A stretch of 64,000 nucleotides of DNA. Origin: Octopus vulgaris (lineage: Eukaryota). The translations under genes were made by a program, and so were the position numbers. The notes below the pieces were generated by a model. It was not told the DNA's origin, made no database searches, and saw nothing but the letters and a program-made list of their open reading frames with translations. The DNA lies in NCBI GenBank assembly GCA_951406725.2, contig OX597814.1:5084001-5148000 (forward strand), written 5' to 3'. This document shows, in pieces, positions 26,526 to 39,800 of the stretch; position 1 is the stretch's first letter, and the number at the start of each line of letters is the position of its first letter.

Positions 26526-28699
26526 CCCATGTCAGCAAAACTGAATTCTAGAAGCACTGTGTGTCCCACCCACATATAACAAGAAAGATTTTCACACACC
26601 CTACCCCGACAAACCTAAATATATCTCTTCTCCTTCATGCGCTATACCCACCTCTCACTTCCCAACCCTATCCTCAGGGCTCTCTTCACTGTATCATTGC
26701 TATCTAGTAACCCCTGACCTGTGTGTCCCACCCCATGTGCTATGCTTACCTTTCACTCCCTAATCCTGTCCTCACAGCCCTGTTTGCTCTGCCATTGTTA
26801 TCCCCTAGCCTCCACCACTCACTGCATTCCCCTCCTCACTCCCTAATCATGCTTCTTTGGCAATATCCTGCCACTTCTGTTATGACCTTTGAACCTCAAG
26901 GGCAATACCCTGCCACTTGCCACCACCATCATCACTCTCTCCCTTTACTTGACCATCCCATTCATATTCTGATCCCTGTCCCTTGTGAGTATGCCCAGCA
27001 CACTTTGCCACCATCTCCATCCTGATGCCTCCCACTCTCTCCCTCTCCTTCTCTTGCTCTTCCCTCAGGCTGGGTAACCATGTATTTCTTTTACAGCAGC
27101 ACACCCATTTCTCTCCTCATTCCTGATATCTCTCTCCCTTCCCCCTCCCCCTCTCTCTCTTGTGCATGCTAGGTATCCTTGTACAGCAAGACCCCTGTTT
27201 CTTTCTCACTATAACTTTTCAACATCTGACACAAGATCCCCTCCTCCAATGCCCCCTCCCCTCTCAAAGGATCCTTGTCTTGCAAGTTACTTGGTGACCC
27301 TGTCTGTGCTGGTGCCACTTAAAAAGCACCCTGTCCACACTGTGAAGTGGTTGGCATTTGGAAGGGCATCCAGCTGTAAAAACCAAGCCAAAACAGACAC
27401 AGAAGTCTGGTGCAGGCCTCTGGCTGGCCAGATCCTGTCAAACCATCCCACCCATGCCAGCACAGAAGGTGGATGGTAAACAGTGATGATCCTCATAATC
27501 TTGCTCCTCCATTTCGGTTGTTGTGTATTTACATTTTAATTAATGGCAATTTCCTTGCCAAGTTGTATTAATTACTGTTCTAATTAAGTCAATGTTGTTG
27601 TTGTTGTCCATTGAATCTACTTTTGTGATGTTAATGTCCTTCAAATCTACAAACATTTCAGTCTAAAATGAGAAGATTTGCAAAGACTGGAAAGAAATGA
27701 AGTGAGCAATGCTCCACCGGGATGTGTAACATTGGCGAGTATGAACAATGGAGTATGAATGAGCTGAGAAGAAAATTAGGAGCAGAATGAGATGTAATGT
27801 GTGAATTAAAGCTGCTGACTGGTGACTGGCAGAACTGTAGAGAAATTCACTCCATCTAAATCCACACCCTCCTACTCCACCATGCTGAAGAGATGGCTAA
27901 AGCATGGATCATGCTAGGTGGGGGGGAGGGGATGAGATACCTCACACCTCTTCTCTTTTCCTACTTCTCAATCCCTCCCCATTACTCCTTCACACTCGTC
28001 TCTTCTATCTCTCACTCTTTATTATTCACTGTACCATATCATCCCTTTGTGTGATACCTCTGCATCTGTCCCCAGTCACTCCCCACCATCACTCATCTCT
28101 ACAAACTAGCAACCGGTCACTCATCTTACCATCAAACACATAGTTGCCATCTCTCTCTCTCTCATCTATTATTCTCTCCACACCTCACCCGCAGTCTCTC
28201 CCTCATTCTTCCTCTTACGATTGTGGGGGAGGATTTCTGGGTAGATGACAACCTCTCTAATGCTCGTGCCATGATAAAACCTTCGCCAAGCAGTCCACTC
28301 ATCTGTAAATTGAGCAACGATGGGGAGGAGATTCAGCTGCAGAGACCAGAGTGTCAAAATGATGAGTGTTCTGAAAGAGAGCTGACCCTCTGATCCATTC
28401 GAAGAAGGCAGCAACTCTGACAGAGAAATGACCCGTTCCACCCCTGACAGAATGCTAAGCAATGGCCATAGTGGCAGCAAGGAAGAAGAAACAACAAGTG
28501 TGTGAAGCCATTTTCTGTTTCCATGTGGCGGTTAACGTGTTGTCTGGTTACAAACATTTAGCCCATTCATACCTCTTCAGTGAGATTGGTCACTTCCTTA
28601 CAAGCACTTGGGCCTCCTCTCTCAAATGAAAATAACCTCTCAAAAGTCCCAGAGGTTCTGAAAATTTCCATGGTTGTCACTCTTCCTCTTCTGGCTACT

Positions 28700-29165
28700 C
28701 ATCAATCGAGATCCCTTAATGGATTCAACCAGTCATTGGGATTCCACTCTCGACACTTTCGTGGTCAGCTGTCACTGCGGGGCCTCTGTTCTCTGTCGTG
28801 CAGGGTCGCAGGGTGACAGTGTCCAGTCCTTGATGTTGTCAAACCAGCATTTTCTCAGTCTGCCTCTCATTCGTCCTTCCTCTGCCCTGAAGAAGGGTTC
28901 AGCACAGGGAGTTGTAGCAGGAGACGTGAGCGTACCAGGGCAAGCCCTCGTCTTTTTACCTGCGCAAAGAGCGCATTCTGTCTGCCAGCCTTATTTGTTC
29001 ACTTGTTGGCCATTTTGTGCTCTGTGTTTGGGATGTGTAGCAGCCTTCTGAAGCATTTGTGATCAAATGCCAGGAGTCTTTGCTCTATATCACCTGTAAG
29101 AGTCCAGCTCTCACACCCATACAAACGAATCAGATTCACCAGTGACTTGCACACTCAGTCTTCTT
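28700..29165 (-). mobile_element. Degenerate RTE-type LINE 3' fragment
   Basis: Minus strand contains YGCESWTLT...QRLLAFDHKCFRRLL-like sequence. Confidence 0.65.
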
Positions 29166-29232
29166 CTGACTACCACTCCCTTCCAAAAATATAAAAAAGG
29201 TATTATATATACACACACACACATACACACAT

Positions 29233-29272
<40 letters not shown>

Positions 29273-29609
29273 GCACACACAACAGCAGTTTTGTTAAAGG
29301 TCACTTTGAGCATTTGTGAGTGTGAATGTTGTAATATTGAAAAATAATTTCAAATTAGTTTCTCATTTAAACAGCAATTAAGGTCTTAACTACAGTAGTC
29401 TGATAATAATTAATTAAAAATGCTTAGCTAATTTGTTTCCATAAAGTTAATGATGAGCAGTGTCATATTACCGTATATGGAATATGCGTTTGGGACATAA
29501 TTATTTCACAAATTTAATTAAACTTTTTTTATTCATTTCATTTATATTTTTGCTAAAACTTTAATTATTTTAATGATGTATTTTTCTCTTTCTCTTTTCT
29601 TTTTTGTAG

Positions 29610-29707
29610 GACGCAAATTTTTCCGTAAAAATGATCGCAAATTAGCTGAAAGCCGAGAATTGGAATTACACAAATTTGTAAAAGAGATTTTGTTGATGCA
29701 TCCACAG
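29610..29707 (+). CDS. Internal coding exon of a PX-domain protein (Tks/SH3PXD2-p47phox-like PX, helix alpha2 region)
   Basis: Long polypyrimidine tract + TAG acceptor (29608-29609) and GTTAGT donor at 29708. 98 nt, phase 1 to 0. Translates (G)RKFFRKNDRKLAESRELELHKFVKEILLMHPQ, which resembles Tks5 PX '[34 protein letters not shown]'. Confidence 0.88.
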
Positions 29708-30969
29708 GTTAGTGTTGTTGTTGTTGCTGTTTAGCTCTTGCTCAGTTTGACTGACATGAGCAACCTGTAATCTCTGTGGGCAGCAGATATTGTCTACCCT
29801 CCCATTGTGGTGTGCATTGGCTGGGCTTTGGGTGAACTTCATTAACAGGATGTACCTCTGCTGGTAACAATTGTTCTTTCTTTTGCTGGATACTGTTGGC
29901 TGGTGGACTGTATGCAGTTACTCACAGAGGCAGTATTGTCAGTTATGGGGTCAGGTGGAGCCCTATCAGTGATTCTTTGTGTTGCTAAGTAAGCCATTTC
30001 CTTGATCCCAGAATCCACAATTTCTGTCACTGTACCTGAAGAAGTGAATATATCTTCCCCTGAAGTCATTGGTTATCTTGTCTGTGTAGTGACTTATGAT
30101 GCCATCAGTTTGTGTGTGGGTGACTCTATAAACCACAGCCTTTGAGAGGCAACATCCTTCCAATGGGCATTTAGTAGGATTTTAGAAGTTACAGGCTGGA
30201 GTGTTGGGTGAAGACTGTGTGAGTGCATGTTAGTGTCTGTTGTAGCATGTAATATTTGAAACAATATTATCTAAACTTGAGTAGCTAACTTTAACGTTAT
30301 GGAAATCAAAAAGTCTATGACATCTATGAGTTCTTGGAAAATGCTTTTTAATTAGCATCAGGGAGCTCCAAGCTACATATATGAAAGAGTCTAATTAAAT
30401 GGAGGATTAAATCAGAATTTATTTTTCCTTGTTTCTAACTTTCTTTGGAAGGGCATGTTGGATCCTCCATATATTCCAACTATCAGTAAAGCTTTTTCTC
30501 ACTGGTGCCTCATTACTATGGGATGCAATCCTGTTGAAGATCTCCCTGCTGATAGATTCAAGATACTTTTGCAGATACCTGTGAATGAGGTAGGCGGTCG
30601 TAGTGTCCATGAATATTGCATACCCAGAAGGGCGCACACTCTCCTACCCTGATGTAATCTCCAGGGATACAGGCATCCAGCAACAGGACCTCCGTAATGC
30701 CATGATGGACCGTGAAGTCTGGCGTAGCATGGTAAATTCCATTGTCTTGACCACAGTCGAACAATGGTGAAATGATGGTGACTGCAAACCCATATATATA
30801 TATATATGTATGTATATAGACAGAGGCATGGCTGTGTGGTAAGAATCTTACTTCCCATCCACTTGGTTCTGGGTTCAGTCCCACTGTGTGGCTTCTTGGG
30901 CAAATGTCTTCTATTATAGGACTGACCAAAGTCTTGTGAGTGGATTTGGTAGGCAGAAACTGAAAAAAG

Positions 30970-31013
<44 letters not shown>

Positions 31014-31539
31014 ATTTTTCCAAAATTTGATTGTTTTCCATAGAGTTGAAAAAGTCTCAATGACTGAAACCGGTACTAAAATGTTTTTTATAATAAAATT
31101 ATTTTAGCATTTTCTTACCTTGACCTTTTTACCTTATATATATATATATATTTTTTTTTTTTTACTTGTTTCAGTCATTTGACTGCGGCCATGCTGGAGC
31201 ACCGCCTTTTAGTCGAGCAAATCGACCCCGGGACTTATTCTTTGTAAGCCCAGTACTTATTCTATCGGTCTCTTTTTGCCGAACCGCTAAGTGACGGGGA
31301 CGTAAACACATCAGCATCGGTTGTCAAGCAATGCTAGGGGGACATACACAAACACACACACATATATACATATATACGACAGGCTTCTTTCAGTTTCCGT
31401 CTACCAAATCCACTCAAAAGGCATTGGTCGGCCCGGGGCTATAGCAGAAGAAACTTGCCCAAGATGCCACGCAGTGGGACTGAACCCGGAACCATGTGGT
31501 TGGTTAGCAAGCTACTTACCACACAGCCACTCCTGCAAC

Positions 31540-31589
<50 letters not shown>

Positions 31590-31831
31590 CTGTCTGTATG
31601 TATTTGTGTGTCTATGTTTACATCCCCGTAACTTAACAGTTTAGCAAAACAAACAAATAGAATAAGTACTAGGCTCACAGAGGATAAGTCGTGGGGTTGA
31701 TTTGTTTGACTAAAAGTGATGCTCCAGCATGGCCGCAGTCAAATGACTGAAACAAGCAAAAGAATAAAAGGATATATAATAATAATAATAATAATAAATT
31801 TGAACAAATACGTACAATTAGGTTGGTATGT

Positions 31832-32061
31832 TTAACCCTTTAGTGTTCAGATTATTCTATCCCACATAATGCTTATTGATTCACATTACTCTCTTTTACT
31901 CTTTTACTTGTTTCAGTCATTTGACTGCGGCCATGCTGGAGCACCGCCTTTAGTCGAGCAAATCGACCCCGGGACTTATTCTTTGTAAGCCCAGTACTTA
32001 TTCTGGGACGTAAACACACCAGCATCGGTTGTCAAGCAATGCTAGGGGGACAAACACACAA

Positions 32062-32092
<31 letters not shown>

Positions 32093-32295
32093 CACGACAG
32101 GCTTCTTTCAGTTTCCGTCTACCAAATTCACATTGATTTGAATTAATCATGCATTATCTCATACCTTCAAGATCTTGATGGTGTAATTACTTAATGTAGA
32201 ATAACATTGTAGGGTAGGTGTAAGCAGTCAGATCTGGTCAGTTTGAACATAAAACAGATTAAATATTTTGGCCGGTTTAAATACTAAAGGGTTAA
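31832..32295. mobile_element. piggyBac-like MITE interrupted by a SINE (~31890-32127)
   Basis: TTAACCCTTTAG...CTAAAGGGTTAA ends; the nested SINE is flanked by a repeated ATTCACATT. Confidence 0.8.
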
Positions 32296-33314
32296 ACGTT
32301 GAGTGGATCACTGGCACGGTTTAGGCTACCTGTTGTCATCCGCAGTTGTGGATCCACTTCCATTGGATTCACTTCAGGAGATTCGCACTGGCAGTTAGGG
32401 TAATAGTATAAATTATATATATATATATATTATTTTTTACTTGTTTCAGTCATTTGACTGCGGCCATGCTGGAGCACCGCCTTTTAGTCGAGCAAATCGA
32501 CCCCGGGACTTCTTTGTAAGCCGTGTACTTATTCTATCGGTCTCTTTTGCCGAACTGCTAAGTGACGGGGACATAAACACACCAGCATCGGTTGTCAAGC
32601 AATGCTAGGGGGACAAACACAGACACACAAACACACACACACATACATATATATACATATGTATGACAGGCTTCTTTCAGTTTCCGTCTACCAAATCCAC
32701 TCACAAGGCATTGGTCGGCCCGGAGCTATAGCAGAAGACACTTGCCCAAGATGCCACGCAGTGGAACTGAACCCGGAACCATGTGGTTGGTTAGCAAGCT
32801 ACTTACCACACAGCCACTCCTGTGCTTCAAATACATTGACAAAGATGTCTCATTAGAGATTTTTAGTGTCGGCTGGCTTGTTGTTATACACCGGTCATGT
32901 TTGGGAATGAATAAAAGCAAATAATATGATAGAAACAGAAAGAATTCAAATATGGACGTGGAAATCATAGATTCCAGTTTAGAGGAAACGCCCTGATTAG
33001 CTTTCTGTGTCATAACTGCTTGGAGGGAAAAGAGAGGACAAAGGAAGATTAATACTTAGACAATTAGTTTCATGTTTGTGCATTTACAGGCTAATGGGTC
33101 GAAGCATATGGTGTACCTAATAAAAGTCTAATACGTAGTCCATCTCCTACTATTATTTATTTTGGTAGTTTTGACTTTGAGGCATTTATGAGTAGTAATG
33201 CCCTTGATGTAAATAAATATATTTAAAGGGAATAATTATAAATTTTTCCCTTATGAGGTTTTTACATTGGCTACTTGATAAATTTTTATAAAGATTTTAT
33301 CCTATTTTAAATAT

Positions 33315-33357
<43 letters not shown>

Positions 33358-33439
33358 GAATTTACAAAAAAACAAGACGAAGACGGGTGTGTAAACAACA
33401 AACAGATGTATTAGTTTAACGCTGGGGAAGCGAGAAAGT

Positions 33440-33475
33440 CTTTAACGTTTCGAGCCTATGCTCTTCAACAGAAAG
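33440..33475 (-). ncRNA. Hammerhead-like motif variant in a Penelope-type terminal repeat (repeat ~33350-33540)
   Basis: Minus strand: CUUU-CUGUUGA-A-GAGC auag GCUC-GAAACGU-U-AAAG. Same family as 9943-9978. Confidence 0.5.
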
Positions 33476-33555
33476 GGACACAGAAATAAACAGGGAGAGA
33501 AAATAGAAAAAGGTTTAGTGGCTAGCAATCTATCATGGCAAATCATGTATATATA

Positions 33556-33586
<31 letters not shown>

Positions 33587-34852
33587 CTCATCCTCATTTA
33601 ATGTCTGTTGTCCATGCTGGCATGGGTCAGATGGTTTGACTGGGCTGGCATGCAGGGAAAGGCTATGTCAGGATTCAGTCTGATTTGGCATGACTTTCTA
33701 TGGCTGGTTGCCTTTCCTAATGCCAACCATTGAGTGTAATGGGTGCTTTTATGTGCCACCAGCATAAGTGCCATTTGTGTGACACTGGTATCTGCCATGA
33801 CTGCGATTTTGGTTGGCTTGATGGCTCTTCTTCTCAAGCAAGACATAATGCCAAAGGTCTCGGTCATTGCCTCTGTGGGGCCCAACACTTGAAAGGAACT
33901 CAACAGCTTTGCCTCCATGCAGCCCAGGAGCTCAGCCACTTCGGGCCCCGTGCTAGTAGGGTGTTCAGAGCACCATCCGAGCGTGATCGTTGCCAGAGCG
34001 GCTATCTGGCCTCCTTGCCTGTGACACATAAAAGGCACCATTCGAGCGTGATCGTTACCAGCATCGCTTTACTGGCACCTGTGCCAGTGGCATGTATAAA
34101 AAGATTCGAGTGTGGCCGTTGCCAGTACCGCCTGACTGGCTCCCGTGCCGGTGGCACATAAAAAGCACCCACTACACTTACGGAGTGGTTGGCATTAGGA
34201 AGGGCATCCAGCTGTAGAGACTGCCAGATCAAGATTGGAGCGCCTGGTGCAGCCATCTGGTTTGCCTGCCCTCACTCACATATTGTCCAACCCATACTAG
34301 CATGGAAAGCGGACGTTAAACGATGATGATGATGATATATATAGCGTGTGTATGTATGTATATGTAGAAATACATGTGCGCACTCCTCCATACTCATATC
34401 ATGGAGGTGTGTAGGGTGGGGGTTGTCTTGCACAAGGTATAGGTGCTTTGCTTACAACCACATGCAGTGTATCAAAAGTGGTGGAGAAGATGATGGTAAT
34501 ACAAAAGGTGGGATGAGAGAGGGGAGAGATGTCTCGAGTGGCAGGGCTGGTTGCTGGCCCTTAAGGTGTTGGCCTTGGTGATGACCACTTGCTGTTGTCA
34601 CTGTGGATGTTTCTCTCATGAATTTGAAATATCGACAACCACCACCTTGGATCTGAACTGATATTTCTGCTGAAGAGAGAATGAAAATCACCACATCACA
34701 TCGTCAGTCATTTTATTGCACCAAATCTCATCTCTATATTCTTTTATTTGTTTAGTCATTTTACTGTGGCCATGCTGGAACACAGCTCAAAGGTTGCTGT
34801 TTTAACACCGTTGTTGAGATCCAGATTGAATCAGAAAAAGTCCTTAACTTGC

Positions 34853-35063
34853 TTAACCCTTTCGTTACTGCATTTATTTTGGGATGTTTTGGCTTCCTTT
34901 CAATTAATTTAAAATATAACCAAGAATTTAGTAAAATTACTTTCGTTATCATTAAGGAACATAAATTGTGACATAATGATTTTAATTGAGAACTTTTGAA
35001 AACAAGGCATTTGTACTAAAGAACCAGAGGTGGTTTCAGCTGGGTTGGAATCAAAAGGGTTAA
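34853..35063. mobile_element. piggyBac-like MITE
   Basis: TTAA|CCCTTT ... AAAGGG|TTAA termini; ~210 bp AT-rich body shared with 59967-60440. Confidence 0.85.
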
Positions 35064-36448
35064 GTATTGTTCTATATGGAACTGCCTAAACAGTGTAACT
35101 ATGGCAACCAAGATGAGAGCAGTAAGCCATGCATAATGATAATTTCACAGAAATTCAGAAAATTTTTTGCTATGAGTCCACCTTGGTTACAGGCATTCTG
35201 ATCCTTATAAACTGTAATAGCAAAGGGAATAACTGTTGTTAAGTAACAGGTTTGTGATTGAAATAATATAACTTGTCTTGGGAGGATCATTATACCAACA
35301 ATACACACATGCACTGGTTTTATTTCACTTCTTTTATTAATCATTGAACCAATTAACTGATGGTTTAATTGTTTTCAGATAATCAATCAGCTCAGTTCAT
35401 CAGTCCTTTGCTAGTCATAACCTCATCAATGACATGCCCTGCCCTGTCCCCCCACCCCACGTCTGTCTAAGGTGACTCTGACAAACCTAGCTGATTGATT
35501 GATGGACCGAATTATTAATCAAACAATTATTTAGTTAATTGGTTAAAAGCTTAACTAGTTGACTAATAGTAATAATGATAATAATAATAAAAGAAGTTCA
35601 ACAGAGCCAGTGTGGGTGTGTTTATTATTGGCATAGTGACCCTCCCAAGATACAACAAAATCTGTTTCAACACATGAGTTCATATCAAGAATCTTGCCAG
35701 CCGAATCCAAAACTGAAAGAACATAACTTGTAGTTCCTAAAATACCCCCAGCATATTCTATTCACAGAAGCCATTCTAAGCATCAGGCGTAGAACTAAAA
35801 ATATAGCAGAAAGGTGTGTAGACGGGTCTCCAGGTAAAGTGTTGTTGCTATAAATAAACCGAGCCACTCCTTTGTATCTTCGTTTAAGGAATGTTGTCCC
35901 CTCCCCCCCTCCGTTTATTTCCTACAAAAATATTTTTCTCTTCTTGTTTGTTTTCATTGTTTTGAACTGATTCTTCATGTTTTTAACCCCAACCAACCAA
36001 CTCACTGGTTCTGACATCAAAACTCTCTTATTATATTTCCCTTCTGCAATTGCAGACATTAATTAGTAGCAGAATAAAAAAAACTACGATGGGGGGGGGG
36101 AGTTTCTCTGTACGTTTGCTGCTCACTTCTGTGAAAACATAAGGTAGGAAGAGAAATATGTTGGTTGCTGAGCACGACTCAGTTTTAATATGTTGAGTGT
36201 TGACTCTCACTCAGTCTAAATGTAAAGATTATTGAGTCTGACTTAGTTTCACCCTTTTGTTACCAAATTTCTGTTGAGATGCTCTGGGTTTCTTTCAATT
36301 AATTTCAAATACAATTTCTGTTTTTAAGCTTTGTACTTATTCTGTCAGTCTCTTTTGCCAAACTGCTAAGTTATGGGGATGTAAACAAACCAACACGGGT
36401 TGTCAAACAGTGGTGAAGAACAAACATAGAAATGAACACACACACACG

Positions 36449-36492
<44 letters not shown>

Positions 36493-36735
36493 GGGCTTCT
36501 TTCAGTTTCCGTCTACCTAATCAACTCAAGGCTTTGCTTGGCCTGAAGCTATAGTAGAAAGACACTTGCCCAAGGTGCCATGCAGTGGGACTGAACCCGG
36601 AACCATGTGGTTGGTAAGCAAGCTTGTTACCCAACAGCCGCACCTATCCCTATTTATTGTATCCATTTTATTGAAGAATATCAGTTCTGGCACCATTTCT
36701 ACTGATTTGTTTTTGTGTGTTTTTTTTTGTTTTAG

Positions 36736-36861
36736 ATGTCCAGTAGTCCAGTTATTGTTGAGTTCTTTGAAGCCCGTTCGCATGACCCAATTCCACCGAT
36801 GAGAGAACCTTTGGAAACCACAGACTTCTACGAGATGGACGAATACGATGCCTACACATGA
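36736..36861 (+). CDS. Terminal coding exon of the PX-domain protein
   Basis: T-rich tract + TTTAG acceptor; phase 0 matches the previous exon. Translates MSSSPVIVEFFEARSHDPIPPMREPLETTDFYEMDEYDAYT*. 'VIVEFFEARSHDPIPP' matches the PX C-terminus of Tks5 'EVFRFFEARPEDVNPP'. Confidence 0.88.
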   Translation: MSSSPVIVEFFEARSHDPIPPMREPLETTDFYEMDEYDAYT

Positions 36862-39800
36862 ACACCACCCAAGACAGTCTCTGCTGCTGTTGATGTACAT
36901 AAAACAAGGAACAGGCCTGGCTCTAGCTACTATTGCTACCAAAAATTTGGTACGGTTCTAAAGAAGACGTGAACAACTGTTGAATTCAGTTTATTATTTT
37001 TTTTTTTTGTATACATATAATAATAATAATAATATTGTTTTTGTTGTTATCCTTTTTTTTTTATCTTAAGATCTGAGAAAAATATCTCTATGAATTTCTC
37101 CACACAAGAGAAAATTGTGTGTGTTTGATTGTGTGTATATATATATATACAAACATATACATACATTCATACATAGAGTGAAAGAATTGAAATCTTATTT
37201 GTCTTTGGTGACTTTGTTTTTTAACCTTTGAACTCTGGTTTGTCACAACTATTGTAAACATCATTAATATCTTCATTGCTTTCATCAGCATCCTCATCAG
37301 CTGTAACAACAGAAACACCACTGAATTAATTGAATTTCACCGAATGTTTGTCCGAAGGGAACTCACCTTCACAAAACCTACTAACGACCCCACCCCCCGC
37401 CTCCGTGTTTCCGTCTTCACTTTGAATTTTTGTATTTATAAAACAACATCCAGTAAACGTGTATCATTTCTTGTGGACTGCACTCTTCTTGTATGCTAAC
37501 TTTAAACTAATCGAGTGAGAGTGTACGTGTGTGTGAGTGTGAGTGTGAGTGACATGGTCAAACCAGACAATCTTCGTGTCTTGTTTTTGTTGATGTTGTT
37601 TTATTTCTGACAGAAGATAATATTTTCTTCTTTCCCTCATCTTTGCTTTTCTCCGGGGATCTTCCGACTGAGAGAAGATATTCTATTTCACTTTCATCTC
37701 TGCCGTCTTCTGCTGCTCTTCTCAGTATCTATTAAACCACCTCCTACTCACACAACACACACACATATCCTTCCTTACCAATGTTTCCAATTTATTCCAA
37801 CCTCAAGCATTTTCTGATAAATTAATTGTTGTGGAATTTAAAAAAACAAAAACAAAATAGGAATTACCCCCCCCCCCCCCCTCAAATTACCAAATTTTCA
37901 ATATTCACTGCCTGACTGTCAAATACTAAATAGGTAATATTTATTAACTGTCAGCTGCCATCACAATAAACCAAAATATTGGAACATATTCTTTCTCTCA
38001 CCATTTAATTACTTTCAATTCAAACAATAATTGCCGAATATTGTTGACGAAAAAAATACAACAACAATATATATAAAACAAACAGAATAAATTAAATCTG
38101 TAATTACTGCTGTTGTTAATTAATCAAATTTGTTTAATCAAATCTGTGTTTGTTGATTTTTATTTCTAACACATTGTTAGTAAAAAAAAAAAAAAAAAAA
38201 GAGTGAGTTTGAATGACTCATTACTATAGCAACGGGCAGTGACTCATCTCCATAGCAACTGAGATGCATAAAAGTCAACAGACCAATTTTTAAAAAAATA
38301 CCACTCTATTGTGTTCATAGAAAAAAAACAAAAAAAGATGACTAAAATCTCAGCTGATAGAAAATCCCCCACAGACAAACTCCGACGTGGTTCTGGTCCC
38401 CTTCTTGCTCAACCCGGTCCTCACCCATCTTCTCTCTAGATCTCTTCACACCCTCACCCTACGTCTTCCTAACTACAAAAGATTCTCTCAAGCTTACTGA
38501 ACATCTTATCAACCATCAACAGACTCTTTTTTCCAACAAATAAACTCAGACCCCCACCCTGCAGGAAAACTTCTTCTGTCTTCAAAATGTTTGGGGGTAC
38601 ATGGAGGGCAGGGTTAAATTTTACTGATTTCTTTAAATCTTTCAATGTCTTTATTCCTGCAACTAAATTGTTCCATTAAAATATTTATTGGAAACTCTGC
38701 AAAAATATTCCGACTCCACCAAAATGAAATCTTTTGGAAAAACAAACGGAAATCTTTTTGCTTAGAATCTGTCATTCTAAATAAAGTCTGTTAATTACGT
38801 CAGTCGTTATTGGCATCAAGCAGAACCATTTCATCCTGATTTTGAGACTGTCCTGAGGGAATTATTATTATTGAGAATCTCTACTAAAATGGTTAGATTT
38901 TTCCAGAGGAATTTCCCTAAGATAAAAAATCTCAGTATTTGGAATTTTGTTGGATAAAGTTTTTCAGTATTTTCTCACAAAAGAACAATTAACCATTTTC
39001 TAAACAAACAAAATAGAAATTTTTTTTTTACATTATTCATTTCCTTGAATAAATATTTGTTTTATACAAAATATTTTTTCTGTTTCTTGGGAAGGTCATG
39101 ACCCCCCCACTCCAATACTATTTCACTATTTATTCTTTATTTACTTTTTTTAAAAAAATATTCCTTCAGTTTTAATGCTTTGGCAAAAATCTAAAGTGTT
39201 TAGTTTAGCAATCGTATATAATGTATCCACCTATCTAAAATAATGTGAGGTTGCTAAGCAATCAAAGCAGCATTGTATATATATATCTATGTACTTCCTT
39301 CACTTATGACCCTGGCAAGGGCTGATGGATGGGTGCCACACCAATTTGGTTTGCCCTGTTCTTATCAAATCAGTCATAGTAGAACCAAAAGAGTCATCAC
39401 TTAGTGTTTGACAAGATCTTTTTACTTTTGTCGACTTTCAAAGCCATTTGTACAATTCTGCTGCAGCATTTCATTGGTCGAAGCCCGTGATTCCCACTGG
39501 TGGGGCATGGTAGGATTTTGGTGAGAGGGCATGCTTAGGATTAAGTTGAATTTATACCTTCTGTACGCAATGTTTAGTATACCAAAAAGAGAAAGGGGGC
39601 AACTCGAGAATGAGTTGATAAAAAAAAATCTTTACATCCCTTCCAGGGATATAAAAATTTTATCAAATTTTGACACTTTAGAGACATCAGGTCATTCACA
39701 TCATTTTTCAGGTGTTCATAAGATTGGATGTCTCTAAAGTGGAAATTATCTTATTTCCACTTTAGAGACATCAGGTCATTTAAGCTGTTCAGAAGATCTG

